From: a virus | Direction: 5' to 3' (one strand) | IMG/VR virus record: IMGVR_UViG_3300044695_008209 | Location: 64,001-128,000 of that record | DNA: 64,000 nt | Part shown: positions 10,801 to 19,028 of the stretch, piece after piece | Layout: each line of letters starts with the position of its first letter | How positions within the stretch are numbered: the stretch's first letter is position 1 | Made by a program: the position numbers and the translations under genes | Notes under the pieces: generated by a model | The model's input: the letters and a program-made list of their open reading frames with translations, nothing else | Database searches by the model: none | Told to the model about the DNA's origin: nothing

Positions 10801-11488
10801 CTACAACCTCCCGGAGCACACGAAGGTGGAGCCGGTCTTCGGGACCTACGACTCCCACGGGTATCGGATCGACGTCAGCGACAACAGGTACACCTTCTCC
10901 ACGAAGGAGGAGGCGACGCTCTCGCTGTCCGCGGTGTTCCTGCCGACGGGCCTGGACGACACGTTGAGCAACCTGGTCACGGTCAGCGACCAGAGCATCC
11001 GCTTCGACTACGAGTACGTGCCCACGGTGGCGGAGGTGCAGAGCCTCCTCTCCTCGGAGCTCGACCGCGTCCTCTGCGCGAACGCCCTCGCGCGGCACTT
11101 CCTGCCCGCGTACGTCTCGCTCGACATCACCTACACGGGAGGGAACAGCCCAGCCACGGTGGTTGCGGCGCTGCAGGACAGCATCAACTCGATGAGCGCC
11201 GTCGACGAGCTGGACCTGTCCAAGCTCGAGAAGATCCTGCACAACAACGCCGTGACCCAGTACGGCCACCCCATCACGCTCATCACGCTCACCCACGACA
11301 TCGACCGGAAGATCGTCGGGACGCAGGCTGAGGGGGTCATCAACGACGACAACATCGCGTACAACGGTACGAATCGCACCACGTTCTTCATCGCAGGAGC
11401 TGACGCATCCTCCGGGGAGGAGGTGGACGCCCCCGCCGGGGCCAGGATCCGCTTGACCCGAGGCACCACCCGCTCGACCTTCAGGTGA
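4838..11488 (+). CDS. Giant baseplate wedge protein (baseplate J/T4 gp6-like), 2216 aa
   Basis: ATG 4838 after the previous stop. J-like core GGSSPETAAELLARVQSSLAERTL...VVDVEVVGFGDPEMARD; C-terminal wedge region VQSLLSSELDRVLCANALARHFLPAYVSLDITY. Confidence 0.8.
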   Translation: MANINSQAEAIRDFLVGRLELYDPSMDTSEGSALWSQVIEPTFELLGTDPFDTDIRSFLKDRVTQAFPLISAQDGDALVDLLITPLEVLLEPLKREIQIIRKGQSARYPENLRLEDARDLAANFFIEWRSGTRSSGVVRIYFAAPTHLTVLPTAEFSTASGLLFYPTRAMTVRPETMLLYRSGQEYYVDVPLTAGDSTIGHNIEKGAITGVRGITGFSRITNLRPFEGGSSPETAAELLARVQSSLAERTLNVRRGIVARLETDFASVVDVEVVGFGDPEMARDIITGGGEGSVIASGVCFIVGQFVLMFSAFEDRGFAGTTVISEGDEIELNFWSFLYSTEVGAANEKFKIDTILFDSRNSITEMPSILLFRIDGVPSVTSPVAGALPGVLPGVFAVVRSTGKIEISDIPGGILDPDTLRGTIEINDNEVHVGGHYDVWLRAASATADSATHEAVRSETALLEGSDVVLAGESSTYRHIVHRTYTVSSSTSFPLGATLSCASSRASAVIAEVSRAGAVYTYILWEMNGVEFAIGDNVTDGTTTGVLSAVSTTSWKDSGVERGMALSLPGGNEEGTYRILKVDGSFLYIDINLTTTGRDQLFRVLSEVTLDLFSPKTILIPFGEAEGDDLRTVIGSKTVRTTTNLQDYGVAVGDTIEILAGDDEGSYTITAWDTTYGGQGAVLSAVMTATNSSVTYRAYRTQQAIQRPLLRMIPDGVVLLDGDGQDSGYKIPNALPVDVRPVHAFSGAKTIAEGLNGFVLMDPGSGWAPSADYTVDIDTYDWAGRTGGDFEAFYTEEKFRRAYTDEALSSAGGYIAVISVHGSTGQMYLDSNLPSEVKDFLGNMQDWLLDIIATFGFGGDEEALVTAFSPLKFGPAEAALPLLMQFEILIPYEVFDGCNNVFVALPEFDWKNEFEATDTFNDALDRFNDGTMPGKAPALLKAVAGDALAITSGLNAGSYIIESVQAYTLVNMRAVVDGGGAIDLDNAYKVALVVIRDEFPVPAFYGLDTFFKEGAPAWSVPAVADLPFSVVDVDGNPVDGWTWVEKAFEWLFQTLNALGFDLPSGVSLDAPETLKALWQMLFSSYTVARPTAPQYLRMYFQEPTSCTVYAPQVCARYQWALPVLVPADAITGVELTLPLPDLEGLTVSLEVERLTGSVPLTGTLTADFNTAATLEELAEFLQALLDPTGEYVTFSGPATVTGSLSVTQAVGGIDEYLYLSAISLTAGFRVLGFYGPAPAKFPEVDTTTTCATMYERITTTTDALGMKLTVNTSLTCVVGLDVFVGSFTIGEAVTALPSGASGTVWAFADDTTNAAAGYLWISDVSGTFSAGDAITGSDSGATIAEAWVVDIDKVWEIEVTDGVLASTRTFEEVAAALQAATVAAVQDDIIAVGTPGTFDDVQISATFEVTIEFVDQSGTGAGPGRYEINIADSGSPALIDNFSVDSPTDITWVDFAVTYVNPTLPTFSTATELLGADYTPAVTVPEMSTDDGVTTVTLSPTLTYWEALTFKTEVCDLIDSGDYEGAAQALNAKEDWTASGGVRHLFWSDTGSALRLRGIVGGVDSVVSIMDANRLGFPIPGGIALPAASGNGTTTVAWMAQGSTTAGETEAAFEHPHAPTLFVGTVGASELLFTPSAEADAYQIFPGQTSEGETAVTGLPRDIVIGTPYSGQLSAECVFTDDAYAAPIELDIREEADWLLVYEQRRMLEHTDYTALDTDISGDRVAAVVTSFGSNQVSLLDLGDANEFTFLAPNSGLEFDQVQVGDVLFIEEGDDEGGYTVLERSSTILTLDRNLTASTERVYRYGNDGILIVDAVDAKVTSATGLFTSDDIGRYLTLWGSNREATDGSYKITAVETDGSGCTLEADVFPETETDVHWVVVKAPVDALGDSSILGRTALLGVRPIRVYSGTPAELRVVQVSPTLVRAESTVFTALTEAGEVPRSGVKQPYKFVRPGTQHISSTLMNEQRERGLYYFDALTTSLGGGELYNLPEHTKVEPVFGTYDSHGYRIDVSDNRYTFSTKEEATLSLSAVFLPTGLDDTLSNLVTVSDQSIRFDYEYVPTVAEVQSLLSSELDRVLCANALARHFLPAYVSLDITYTGGNSPATVVAALQDSINSMSAVDELDLSKLEKILHNNAVTQYGHPITLITLTHDIDRKIVGTQAEGVINDDNIAYNGTNRTTFFIAGADASSGEEVDAPAGARIRLTRGTTRSTFR

Positions 11489-11723
11489 TCAGCCCATGCG
11501 CTGGACAGTGAGCCACGTAACAGACCCCGTCGTCGTCGAAGACGTCGGAGGGGTTCGAGGGCAGCCGGGCAACCAGGGCGCGCCCGCACTCCGGTCGGGG
11601 GCACTTTCGGCGTGTGATCGCTACGCGACGATCGACGTCCACCCGCGCCCTCTCCTCGTTGGTCGGGACGTACCCCTTCAAGAGGTCGCGCGCTGCAGCC
11701 GGATGGAGTACCTGTAGAACCAT
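11481..11723 (-). CDS. Small Zn-ribbon protein (80 aa), antisense within the structural module
   Basis: GGAG RBS before ATG 11723; CPRPECG...CYVAHCPAHG. Confidence 0.6.
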   Translation of the reverse strand: MVLQVLHPAAARDLLKGYVPTNEERARVDVDRRVAITRRKCPRPECGRALVARLPSNPSDVFDDDGVCYVAHCPAHGLIT

Positions 11724-13992
11724 GGCTTCTCCTATCATCTCGAACCGACGGCCAGATGAGGGGGACACTGCGGTCTCCATTGATACCCCGTTCCGCTTCG
11801 GGGTTCGAGACCTGGACACCCGGGCTGACCTGACCACCGTGTACTGCTCGGTCACCTACGCGAAGGCTGTCTACGTGCCGGAGGTGCTTCCGACGCTCGA
11901 CGAGACCCTGGAAGCTGCGGGCGCGTCCCTGATCCTCAGCATGTTCGACGACGCGGCGGGTGTCGTGAACCCGGGAGACCCCTGCGATCAGACCATCGAG
12001 ACGGTGGGGCCGAGCTCGGTCTACCGCATCGAGAAGTCCGGCGTGGACCTCTCGCCACAGGAGGGGGTGCTCTACGTCACCCTGCCGGCGCAGGATGCGC
12101 CCGGCCCGTACACGTTGAAGGTGCAGCTGGACCTGGTCGCCGTGACCGCTGCCGGGGCTGCGTACACCACGCATGCCGACTTCGTAGGCGTTGTCGTGGG
12201 GTTGGTCTACTGGCCCGAGAACACCGGCATCTTCCTCCTGTTCCGAGACGACGGCACGAAGCGGGTCTCGATCGTCGGACCTTCCACAGACGGGGTCGGC
12301 ACTCGCTCTGTTGAGACCTCGACGGTCTACGACTGGACCGAACCCGCGGTCTACACCATCTACTTCGACCCCACGGTGTTCCGGCGGAAGGCCCTCGTGT
12401 GCGCCACGGACGCGCTGGGCACGGAGACGGTCCTCGCAGAGATCGATCTCGACACCCTCAACGAGTTCCTCCCCTCCGTTCGCATGGGCAACCTCTACGC
12501 CGAGAACGCGCCGAGTGGCGTCACGGCAGTGATGGGACTCGACAGCACCAACCAGGGCGACTACCTCGACATCTACGGATTCTCCTTCGCCAACTACGGG
12601 AAGGTCCTCCTGGTGGGCGGGAGTCAGACAGCCTCCAGCTTCGTGGAGACACTGCCCACGGAGCTGGTGGAAGTCGTCGGGTCTGAAGGTGCGGAGGAGT
12701 GGGCATCGTCTGGGACCTTCGAGGAGGAGAGCACCGGCACGGCCCTGCACATCACCGCAACCTCCGGACCAGCCATGAAGACCCGGGAGGAGGCGGACAC
12801 CGCACAGGCCGCATGGCTGCTCACGGGGAAGTTCACCGCGCGCAACTCGGTGCACGAGGGCTCGTACAACACCGGGATGGGCTTCCTCGTGGAGGACGGC
12901 ACGCGGAAGATCAAGCTGGCCCTCCTGGACAACTTCGTGGGGGTCACCCTCGGCATCGAGGACGCCACCCTCGACGAGGACGACTCCCTCACCGGCTATG
13001 CGCTTCCGGTCGACGCCGTAGACTGGGAGGAGGACGTCACCTTCACTCTCCTCGGGTCTTCGGCAGGAGGACGCGACGCCATTCGGCTCTTCGTGGGGAC
13101 CGAGGATGTCGTCCCGGTGGCGAGCACGACCTACTCGTCCCTCGGGTTCACCGCCACGACCGAGTCGCGGGTCTCGTTCGGGTTCATCGAGACGGGGGAC
13201 TTCTCGGGGGACTTCTACCTCGTCAACCTGTGGATGATCCCCTACGGGTTCTTCTACGAGGGGTTCGAGGCGTCTGCTCCCGACGGCCAGGGCTGGACCC
13301 GGACATCGGCGCTGGGGTCCCGCGTGCTCGGGACGGCCTCAGTGTCGGTGGACTGCACCGCAGCTGGGGCCTACGACATCTACTCGATCGAGGACTCCAC
13401 CTACGACGCGACGTCCGGTGCGGCCGCCTTCATCAAGGTCAAGGTGACGGGCTGGACCGATGCGAGCGGTGCGGCGAGCCCCCTGCGCTCCGAGTTCGGC
13501 CCCGTCCTCGTGCTTCGGGCCGGGAGCACGGGAGCCGGGCTGCGCTTCATCGTGAACGACGATGGGGTCGCCTACGTGTTCCTGTCGAACGAGGAGTCGG
13601 ACTACCTCGACGTGCTGGCGCAGAACGCTGCCGGCGTGGCCATCTCTGCCGAGATCGACCTCAGCACCGCGCACGTGTTCCTGGTGGACGTGAAGCCGCT
13701 CCAGTACATCCGGCTCTACATCGACTACTCCACCACACCGGCGATCGAGGCCGAGTGGCCCGCCACGACCCTCCTCCGCTCCCTTCCGACAAACCTGCCC
13801 GCGAACTCTGTCATCGCGTTCGGGTCGCTGAACGAGGACGCCGGGGTCGCGTGTGAGGTCGCCTTCCTGCGCGGGGGTGTCGGGAGGGGCTACGACATCA
13901 AGGCGACCCTCTCCGTGTCGGAGGCGGAGATGCAGGCCTCGGTTTATGGCAGCACCGCGGATGTCTACATCGACGTCCAGGACGAGGACTGA
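11722..13992 (+). CDS. Putative virion protein with N-terminal Ig-like segment and possible lectin-like beta-sandwich domains (756 aa)
   Basis: GGAG upstream of ATG 11722; N-terminal PDEGDTAVSIDTPFRFGVRD (Ig-like); beta-rich and acidic. Confidence 0.6.
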   Translation: MASPIISNRRPDEGDTAVSIDTPFRFGVRDLDTRADLTTVYCSVTYAKAVYVPEVLPTLDETLEAAGASLILSMFDDAAGVVNPGDPCDQTIETVGPSSVYRIEKSGVDLSPQEGVLYVTLPAQDAPGPYTLKVQLDLVAVTAAGAAYTTHADFVGVVVGLVYWPENTGIFLLFRDDGTKRVSIVGPSTDGVGTRSVETSTVYDWTEPAVYTIYFDPTVFRRKALVCATDALGTETVLAEIDLDTLNEFLPSVRMGNLYAENAPSGVTAVMGLDSTNQGDYLDIYGFSFANYGKVLLVGGSQTASSFVETLPTELVEVVGSEGAEEWASSGTFEEESTGTALHITATSGPAMKTREEADTAQAAWLLTGKFTARNSVHEGSYNTGMGFLVEDGTRKIKLALLDNFVGVTLGIEDATLDEDDSLTGYALPVDAVDWEEDVTFTLLGSSAGGRDAIRLFVGTEDVVPVASTTYSSLGFTATTESRVSFGFIETGDFSGDFYLVNLWMIPYGFFYEGFEASAPDGQGWTRTSALGSRVLGTASVSVDCTAAGAYDIYSIEDSTYDATSGAAAFIKVKVTGWTDASGAASPLRSEFGPVLVLRAGSTGAGLRFIVNDDGVAYVFLSNEESDYLDVLAQNAAGVAISAEIDLSTAHVFLVDVKPLQYIRLYIDYSTTPAIEAEWPATTLLRSLPTNLPANSVIAFGSLNEDAGVACEVAFLRGGVGRGYDIKATLSVSEAEMQASVYGSTADVYIDVQDED

Positions 13993-16900
13993 ATGCCGCC
14001 TACCCGCACATCCGCCTTTCACGGCTTCACGGTGGAGCCGGCTCGCACTAAGCCGGTGGCGGGGATCGACCCGAGCTCGTCCAGCAAGGTCGTGGGCGCG
14101 ATCATCCGGCTAAACGGACGAGCCTCGACAAGCGCCGACGGTTCTGAGCTCTCCTACGCGTGGAGCTTCTCCTCCACCCCGCTGGGCAGCACCGTCACCG
14201 AACTCACCAGCGTCGACGACGACGGCTCGGTTGTCACCTTCGTTCCGGACGTCACGGGGGAGTACACGATCAGCCTGGTCGTCAGCACGCCCTACCGCAG
14301 CAGCGACCCCGTCACCGCGACCGTGGAGGCGACGACCGTCCTCCTCCCCCTGTCTCTGCGGACCACCCCGGACGGGAAGATCATCTTCAACGTCGTCTCG
14401 TCGTTCTGGAAGATGGTCGAGCGCAACGCCGTGTTCTCGACCCTCTGGTCCGGGTACATGCAGTCGACCGCGAACGACATGCTGCGCGCGTTCCAGGTCG
14501 ACTACGGCAAGTCCATCGACACGATCCAGGAGATGTTCCAGCGCCGGTGGATCGCCTACTCTCCCGCACTGGAGCTCGACTCCGCCCAGTGCACCGCGGT
14601 GTACGGACGCCACCAGGGAGGCTCCGGCGCGTTCACGGTGTCCGGCGTCCTGGCGGGGGTAGGCGTCATCGTTAGCGATCGAGAGGTGGTCCTCCTCGAC
14701 GGCACCCCGACGACGTCAGCCGTCGGCTCGTCCCTGGTCGTCTACACGAGCGACGGGTCCCCCGGCAATCTCGGCGAGTACACGATCAACCGCCTCAACT
14801 CGGACAACTCCGGGTACATCATCTCGTCCGCGGCGGTGTTCCCGGCGCCCCTGGACGACCGTATCGCCGCGCTGACGACCCTCGTGACCGTCGCGGGCTC
14901 GACGACGATCTACGACGCGGACCTCCTTCAGGACTTCGTAGCGCTGGGCGTCACCGCCGGAGACGTCCTCCGGCTGGAAAGCGGGTCCGACTCCGGGTAC
15001 TACACGGTCACCGCGGTGAACGTCGGGAACGTCCGCACCTTCACGGTCGACCGCGCTCCCACGAAGACCCGGGCATCCCGCGCCGGGACGATCTTCAACG
15101 CAGTGCGCATCTCCGCGGCGAAGGTCGCCTCATCCGCGACGTCCACGGTGTTCCTGCCCGCAGATGAAGCTGACCTCACCGTGTTCGAGGCGCGCACGCT
15201 CGCCGGGGCCGGGACCGTCATCAGCGCGTACGAGATCGTGGTGGAGCCGAGGCACGTGCTCTCCGGGATGATCGGAGAGCGGCTGTACCTGACGACAGGG
15301 GGCTCCTCTGGGAGATCCTTCACCATCACCGGGCTGAACACCGCTGGGAACGGGTACCGCGTGGGGGCGTCGTTCGGCGTCGCCACCTACCCGACTGAGG
15401 TCACGTACAGCCTCACGAGCAACGCAGACGTCACGGACCGCGTTCTCATCCTGGAGGACGAGGCCTACGAGATCGTGTCCGCCACGTACGACAGCGGGGT
15501 GGACCCGGAGGATGGAGGGCGAGGGGCCGCGTGGATCGTCGTCCTGGCCGAGGCCACCGCGCCCACCGGACGCGAGGGCATGTCCTGGAGGATCGCCGCG
15601 ACGCTCTCCACGACGGAGTACGAGGACCTCGAGGAACTCGGTGTCACCGCCGGCGACCTCCTGATCCTCGAGGCGACGCGGAGTGACGTTGGGTTCGCCG
15701 GCGAGGTCCCCTGTTACATCTTCGGGGCCACGGGGTCCAAGATCTCATTCGACCTCGGGAAGGCACTGCCTGCGCTCGGCGCCTACGGGAGCCTCTCGGA
15801 TCAGGAGGTCCTGGACCTCGCGACCGGGTTGCGGATCCCGCGTGTCTACGAGGACGACGCGGGGGACGTCCAGATCATCCTGACCGCGGAAGAGGTCCAG
15901 GCCCTGGTGCTGAGCACCGCGTTCCAGTCGACCTACAGCAACGTGCCCCTCACCTCCTCGACGGCCATCGCGCTCGACCCTTACACGATCACGTTCAGCG
16001 TGAAGAAGGTCATCCGGAACTGCAGGATCCCCGTGGACGAGACGCTCTTGTCCGTCCCCTCGCTCTTCGAGTACATCGCGGAGCCGACCACCGGGGTGAA
16101 CGCCGACGGGGAGAACATCCTCGTCACCGACTACGGGACGGTGACGACCCTCGACCGCGCACCTCTGGAGCTGGTGGAGAACCGCGACTACACCATCAGC
16201 GCCGAGGGGAACGTCTCCGGGACGAACCTGGCGACGACAGCGGGTTCCGGCGTCCTGGAGATTCCGGGCGGTGACCTCCTGGACCGAGATCTCCGCGTCG
16301 GGGACTTCATCGACATCACGAGCGGCCTCGACCAGGATCGCTACTACGTGAGTTCCGTGCTGGACTCCGAGCACGTGCGCACGCTCACGGCAGACGGAGG
16401 CACCCCGTCCACAACGGCGTCCTCCCTGCGCTACACGATCGTCCGGCGGGTGCAGGGCAACTTCATCCGCTTCGTGGACGGGATGTTCACCCCGGACTCC
16501 CCGGCCCCCGACCGGTTCTGGGCACAGCTCAGCCTCTTCGACAACAACCCCACCATCGAGGACAACTTCGGGATCCTCGTGGGGGTGACGAAGGAGCAGC
16601 TCGACGAGTACGGTTCGTCCCAGGTCTCCTACCGCGGGGCGGTCCGGGCGCTGATGTACGCATGGGCGAGCGGCCCCACCATCCGGAACGTGACCGTCGG
16701 GAACCACGTGCTGATGGGGCTCCCGGTCACCGAGGTGCGCGGCAACATCATCGACGTCGACGCGAACTACGACACGTCGCGGTCACGGGGTCGCGTGCTG
16801 GTCGAGGACCTGACCCCGGAGGGGCAGCCGTCTGGGCTCGTGCGGGCCTACTTCTACTCCAGCAGCGTGGAGGGAGGTCTCGCCGCCTTCCAGGGCTTGG

Positions 16901-18837
16901 CGACCAACCCGACCACCGGGGCGGAGTACGCCGTCGACGACGTCGTCCCCGCGATGTCGGCCCTCTCGAAGAGCATCGTGGTCGACGACTACCTGACGGA
17001 CCCCCTGTGGTGGAAGTCGAGCAACTCCACAGGAGCGACCGAGCTCCAGAAGTTCCACACCTGGCAGGTGCTCGTGGACTCCAGCCAGGTGGACTCCCGC
17101 GACATCCCGCTCATCACCGATTTCTGCCTCGGGATCCGCCCGATCTACACGAAGCCGAAGGTCGTGTTGGTCCTCTACCTCTACGACACCGTGACCATCG
17201 AGGAGCAGCTGACGCTGTCCGGGGACCTGTTCCTCTACGACGACCCGATCCTGAGCCTGGAGTCGACGCATATGGTCGACTCCTACAACGGCAGCGGCCT
17301 GGCGCACCGCGTCTTCGACTACGGATCCTTCTCCACCAGGACGCTCTTCGAGGGAGCGGACCTGGTCACGACAGTAGGCACCGGGGTCGTGACTTCCGCG
17401 CGTGGCGGGTTCCTGAGCGTGCTCGACGCGGACCCCCTGGCACATGCGCCCAACGAGCCGGTGGCCATCCTCCTGGGCGTCAACAGCGCCTTCGAGGAGG
17501 GCGTCTACTACCGAGGGACCCCGCTTGTGCGTACGGGGGACATCCTGTTCATCCGCGATGGCGCCAACCGCGGTCGCTACTCGGTCGTCTCGGTCGACAG
17601 CGACACCCAGCTCACGGTTGACGAGCTCCCGGACTACCCCCCGACGACGCGCCCGGCGGCGGAGATCGAAGCCGGCACGGACCAGACCTTCCAGATCCAG
17701 CGGGAGGACTCCTACATTCTCGTCTCCGGCGCGGGCACCGTGTTGAGCAACGCCGGTGCCGGCGACGACGTCACCAGCGTGGTCGAGGACATGACCGGCG
17801 GCTTCCGCTGGAACGGCGTCGCCGTCGGCGACATCCTCGTCATCACCAGTCTGGGGGACGGCATCGTTCCCGGCACCCACGAGGTGCTGGAGGTCGGTGT
17901 GTGGAACGCCGGCGATCGGGAGGACCTCGACACGAAGCTGGTCGTGCGCGGCACGCTGAACGTCGGGGGCGCGTTCACCTACTACGTGATGCGCGACGGC
18001 CTCCGCACGAACCCGCTGGTCGAGATCACGGACCTGGTCCTCACGGTCGGATCGAGCGTGGTGTCGAGCGCGCTCACGAACTTCGAGCTCCTGTACCTGC
18101 GCCCGGGCGACCAGCTCGAGATCCTGATGGGCACCTATGCAGGGCAGTTCTTCGACATCATCGACACCCCCTCCTCCACCAGCGCGCACCTCCGCAACTT
18201 CACCTCGACCGTGAACGACCCTGGGACCGTTGCGCGGGTGGTGCGCCCGACCATCTTCGAGAGCGGGGACCCTCGCGATGAGGACTGGGAGCTCGAGAAG
18301 TTCTGCCTGAGCGACGACGTCACCGTGACGATCCTCGAGCCCCGTGTAGACGTCGTGGGCCCGCTTGCAGACCTCGATTTGACCCTCGATACGACAGACC
18401 CCCTGCCGGAGAACTGGACCGCGACGGCGACGTCTGCAACGGACCTCGCGGTGGCCGGTGTCCTGCCGGGGGACAAGCTGTCCATCGAGAACGCGCACGC
18501 CAACTCCGGGGTGTTCGAGGTGGTCAGCGTCGCTGGAACCTCCGCGGTCATCCGCGGGCTGTGGGGGTCGGAGGAGAACCCCGTGGCGGGGTCGTTCTCC
18601 GCGCTCGACCCCGCCTGGGACGTGGTGGATGACACGGCCACCCTCACCACCCTGCCCCTGCCCTCCGGACTGGCCGCCCTCGACGGCGTTGTGCTGCCGG
18701 GCGACGTACTGGTCGTGGATGGAGTAGGCTCCTTCGTCGTGGCCTCTGCTTCTGGCGCGGTGCTCACGCTCACCCGTGATACGGGAGTGAACCCCCTCGC
18801 CAGCTATACTGGTCGAGTCACGCGGAGATCTGTCTGA
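13993..18837 (+). CDS. Large baseplate/tail protein (1614 aa) with N-terminal PKD-like domain
   Basis: IRLNGRASTSADGSELSYAWSFSSTP (PKD-like); YRGAVRALMYAWASGPTIRNV (wedge gpI/gp7-like, inferred); many GD-x-h-x-h-x-x-G modules. Confidence 0.7.
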   Translation: MPPTRTSAFHGFTVEPARTKPVAGIDPSSSSKVVGAIIRLNGRASTSADGSELSYAWSFSSTPLGSTVTELTSVDDDGSVVTFVPDVTGEYTISLVVSTPYRSSDPVTATVEATTVLLPLSLRTTPDGKIIFNVVSSFWKMVERNAVFSTLWSGYMQSTANDMLRAFQVDYGKSIDTIQEMFQRRWIAYSPALELDSAQCTAVYGRHQGGSGAFTVSGVLAGVGVIVSDREVVLLDGTPTTSAVGSSLVVYTSDGSPGNLGEYTINRLNSDNSGYIISSAAVFPAPLDDRIAALTTLVTVAGSTTIYDADLLQDFVALGVTAGDVLRLESGSDSGYYTVTAVNVGNVRTFTVDRAPTKTRASRAGTIFNAVRISAAKVASSATSTVFLPADEADLTVFEARTLAGAGTVISAYEIVVEPRHVLSGMIGERLYLTTGGSSGRSFTITGLNTAGNGYRVGASFGVATYPTEVTYSLTSNADVTDRVLILEDEAYEIVSATYDSGVDPEDGGRGAAWIVVLAEATAPTGREGMSWRIAATLSTTEYEDLEELGVTAGDLLILEATRSDVGFAGEVPCYIFGATGSKISFDLGKALPALGAYGSLSDQEVLDLATGLRIPRVYEDDAGDVQIILTAEEVQALVLSTAFQSTYSNVPLTSSTAIALDPYTITFSVKKVIRNCRIPVDETLLSVPSLFEYIAEPTTGVNADGENILVTDYGTVTTLDRAPLELVENRDYTISAEGNVSGTNLATTAGSGVLEIPGGDLLDRDLRVGDFIDITSGLDQDRYYVSSVLDSEHVRTLTADGGTPSTTASSLRYTIVRRVQGNFIRFVDGMFTPDSPAPDRFWAQLSLFDNNPTIEDNFGILVGVTKEQLDEYGSSQVSYRGAVRALMYAWASGPTIRNVTVGNHVLMGLPVTEVRGNIIDVDANYDTSRSRGRVLVEDLTPEGQPSGLVRAYFYSSSVEGGLAAFQGLATNPTTGAEYAVDDVVPAMSALSKSIVVDDYLTDPLWWKSSNSTGATELQKFHTWQVLVDSSQVDSRDIPLITDFCLGIRPIYTKPKVVLVLYLYDTVTIEEQLTLSGDLFLYDDPILSLESTHMVDSYNGSGLAHRVFDYGSFSTRTLFEGADLVTTVGTGVVTSARGGFLSVLDADPLAHAPNEPVAILLGVNSAFEEGVYYRGTPLVRTGDILFIRDGANRGRYSVVSVDSDTQLTVDELPDYPPTTRPAAEIEAGTDQTFQIQREDSYILVSGAGTVLSNAGAGDDVTSVVEDMTGGFRWNGVAVGDILVITSLGDGIVPGTHEVLEVGVWNAGDREDLDTKLVVRGTLNVGGAFTYYVMRDGLRTNPLVEITDLVLTVGSSVVSSALTNFELLYLRPGDQLEILMGTYAGQFFDIIDTPSSTSAHLRNFTSTVNDPGTVARVVRPTIFESGDPRDEDWELEKFCLSDDVTVTILEPRVDVVGPLADLDLTLDTTDPLPENWTATATSATDLAVAGVLPGDKLSIENAHANSGVFEVVSVAGTSAVIRGLWGSEENPVAGSFSALDPAWDVVDDTATLTTLPLPSGLAALDGVVLPGDVLVVDGVGSFVVASASGAVLTLTRDTGVNPLASYTGRVTRRSV

Positions 18838-19028
18838 TGCTACGCAAGCTCCTGAAGGAAAGGACCAAGGTGCTGGACTCCCTCCGGATCTTCGGCGGGA
18901 GGCGTGCAGCGGGCGAGCGCGGCATGCGCATGCCCGATGGGTCTCCGGTGCCGGTCGAGCACATCATGAAGACCTTCGGGGTGACCCGAGAGCGCGCGGT
19001 CGAGATCGCGCAGAGGCAGACCCGATGA
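18837..19028 (+). CDS. Small basic protein with sigma-region-4.2-like HTH (63 aa)
   Basis: TGATG and ATGA overlaps on both sides; VEHIMKTFGVTRERAVEIAQR. Confidence 0.7.
   Translation: MLRKLLKERTKVLDSLRIFGGRRAAGERGMRMPDGSPVPVEHIMKTFGVTRERAVEIAQRQTR

Noticed and set aside
5981-11296. Very long antisense ORFs (1771 aa here; also 48025..52155, 52177..54564, 57758..59845 and others)
   Set aside because: Shadows of real genes in high-GC DNA with biased third positions; products are R/G/V-rich with no motifs.
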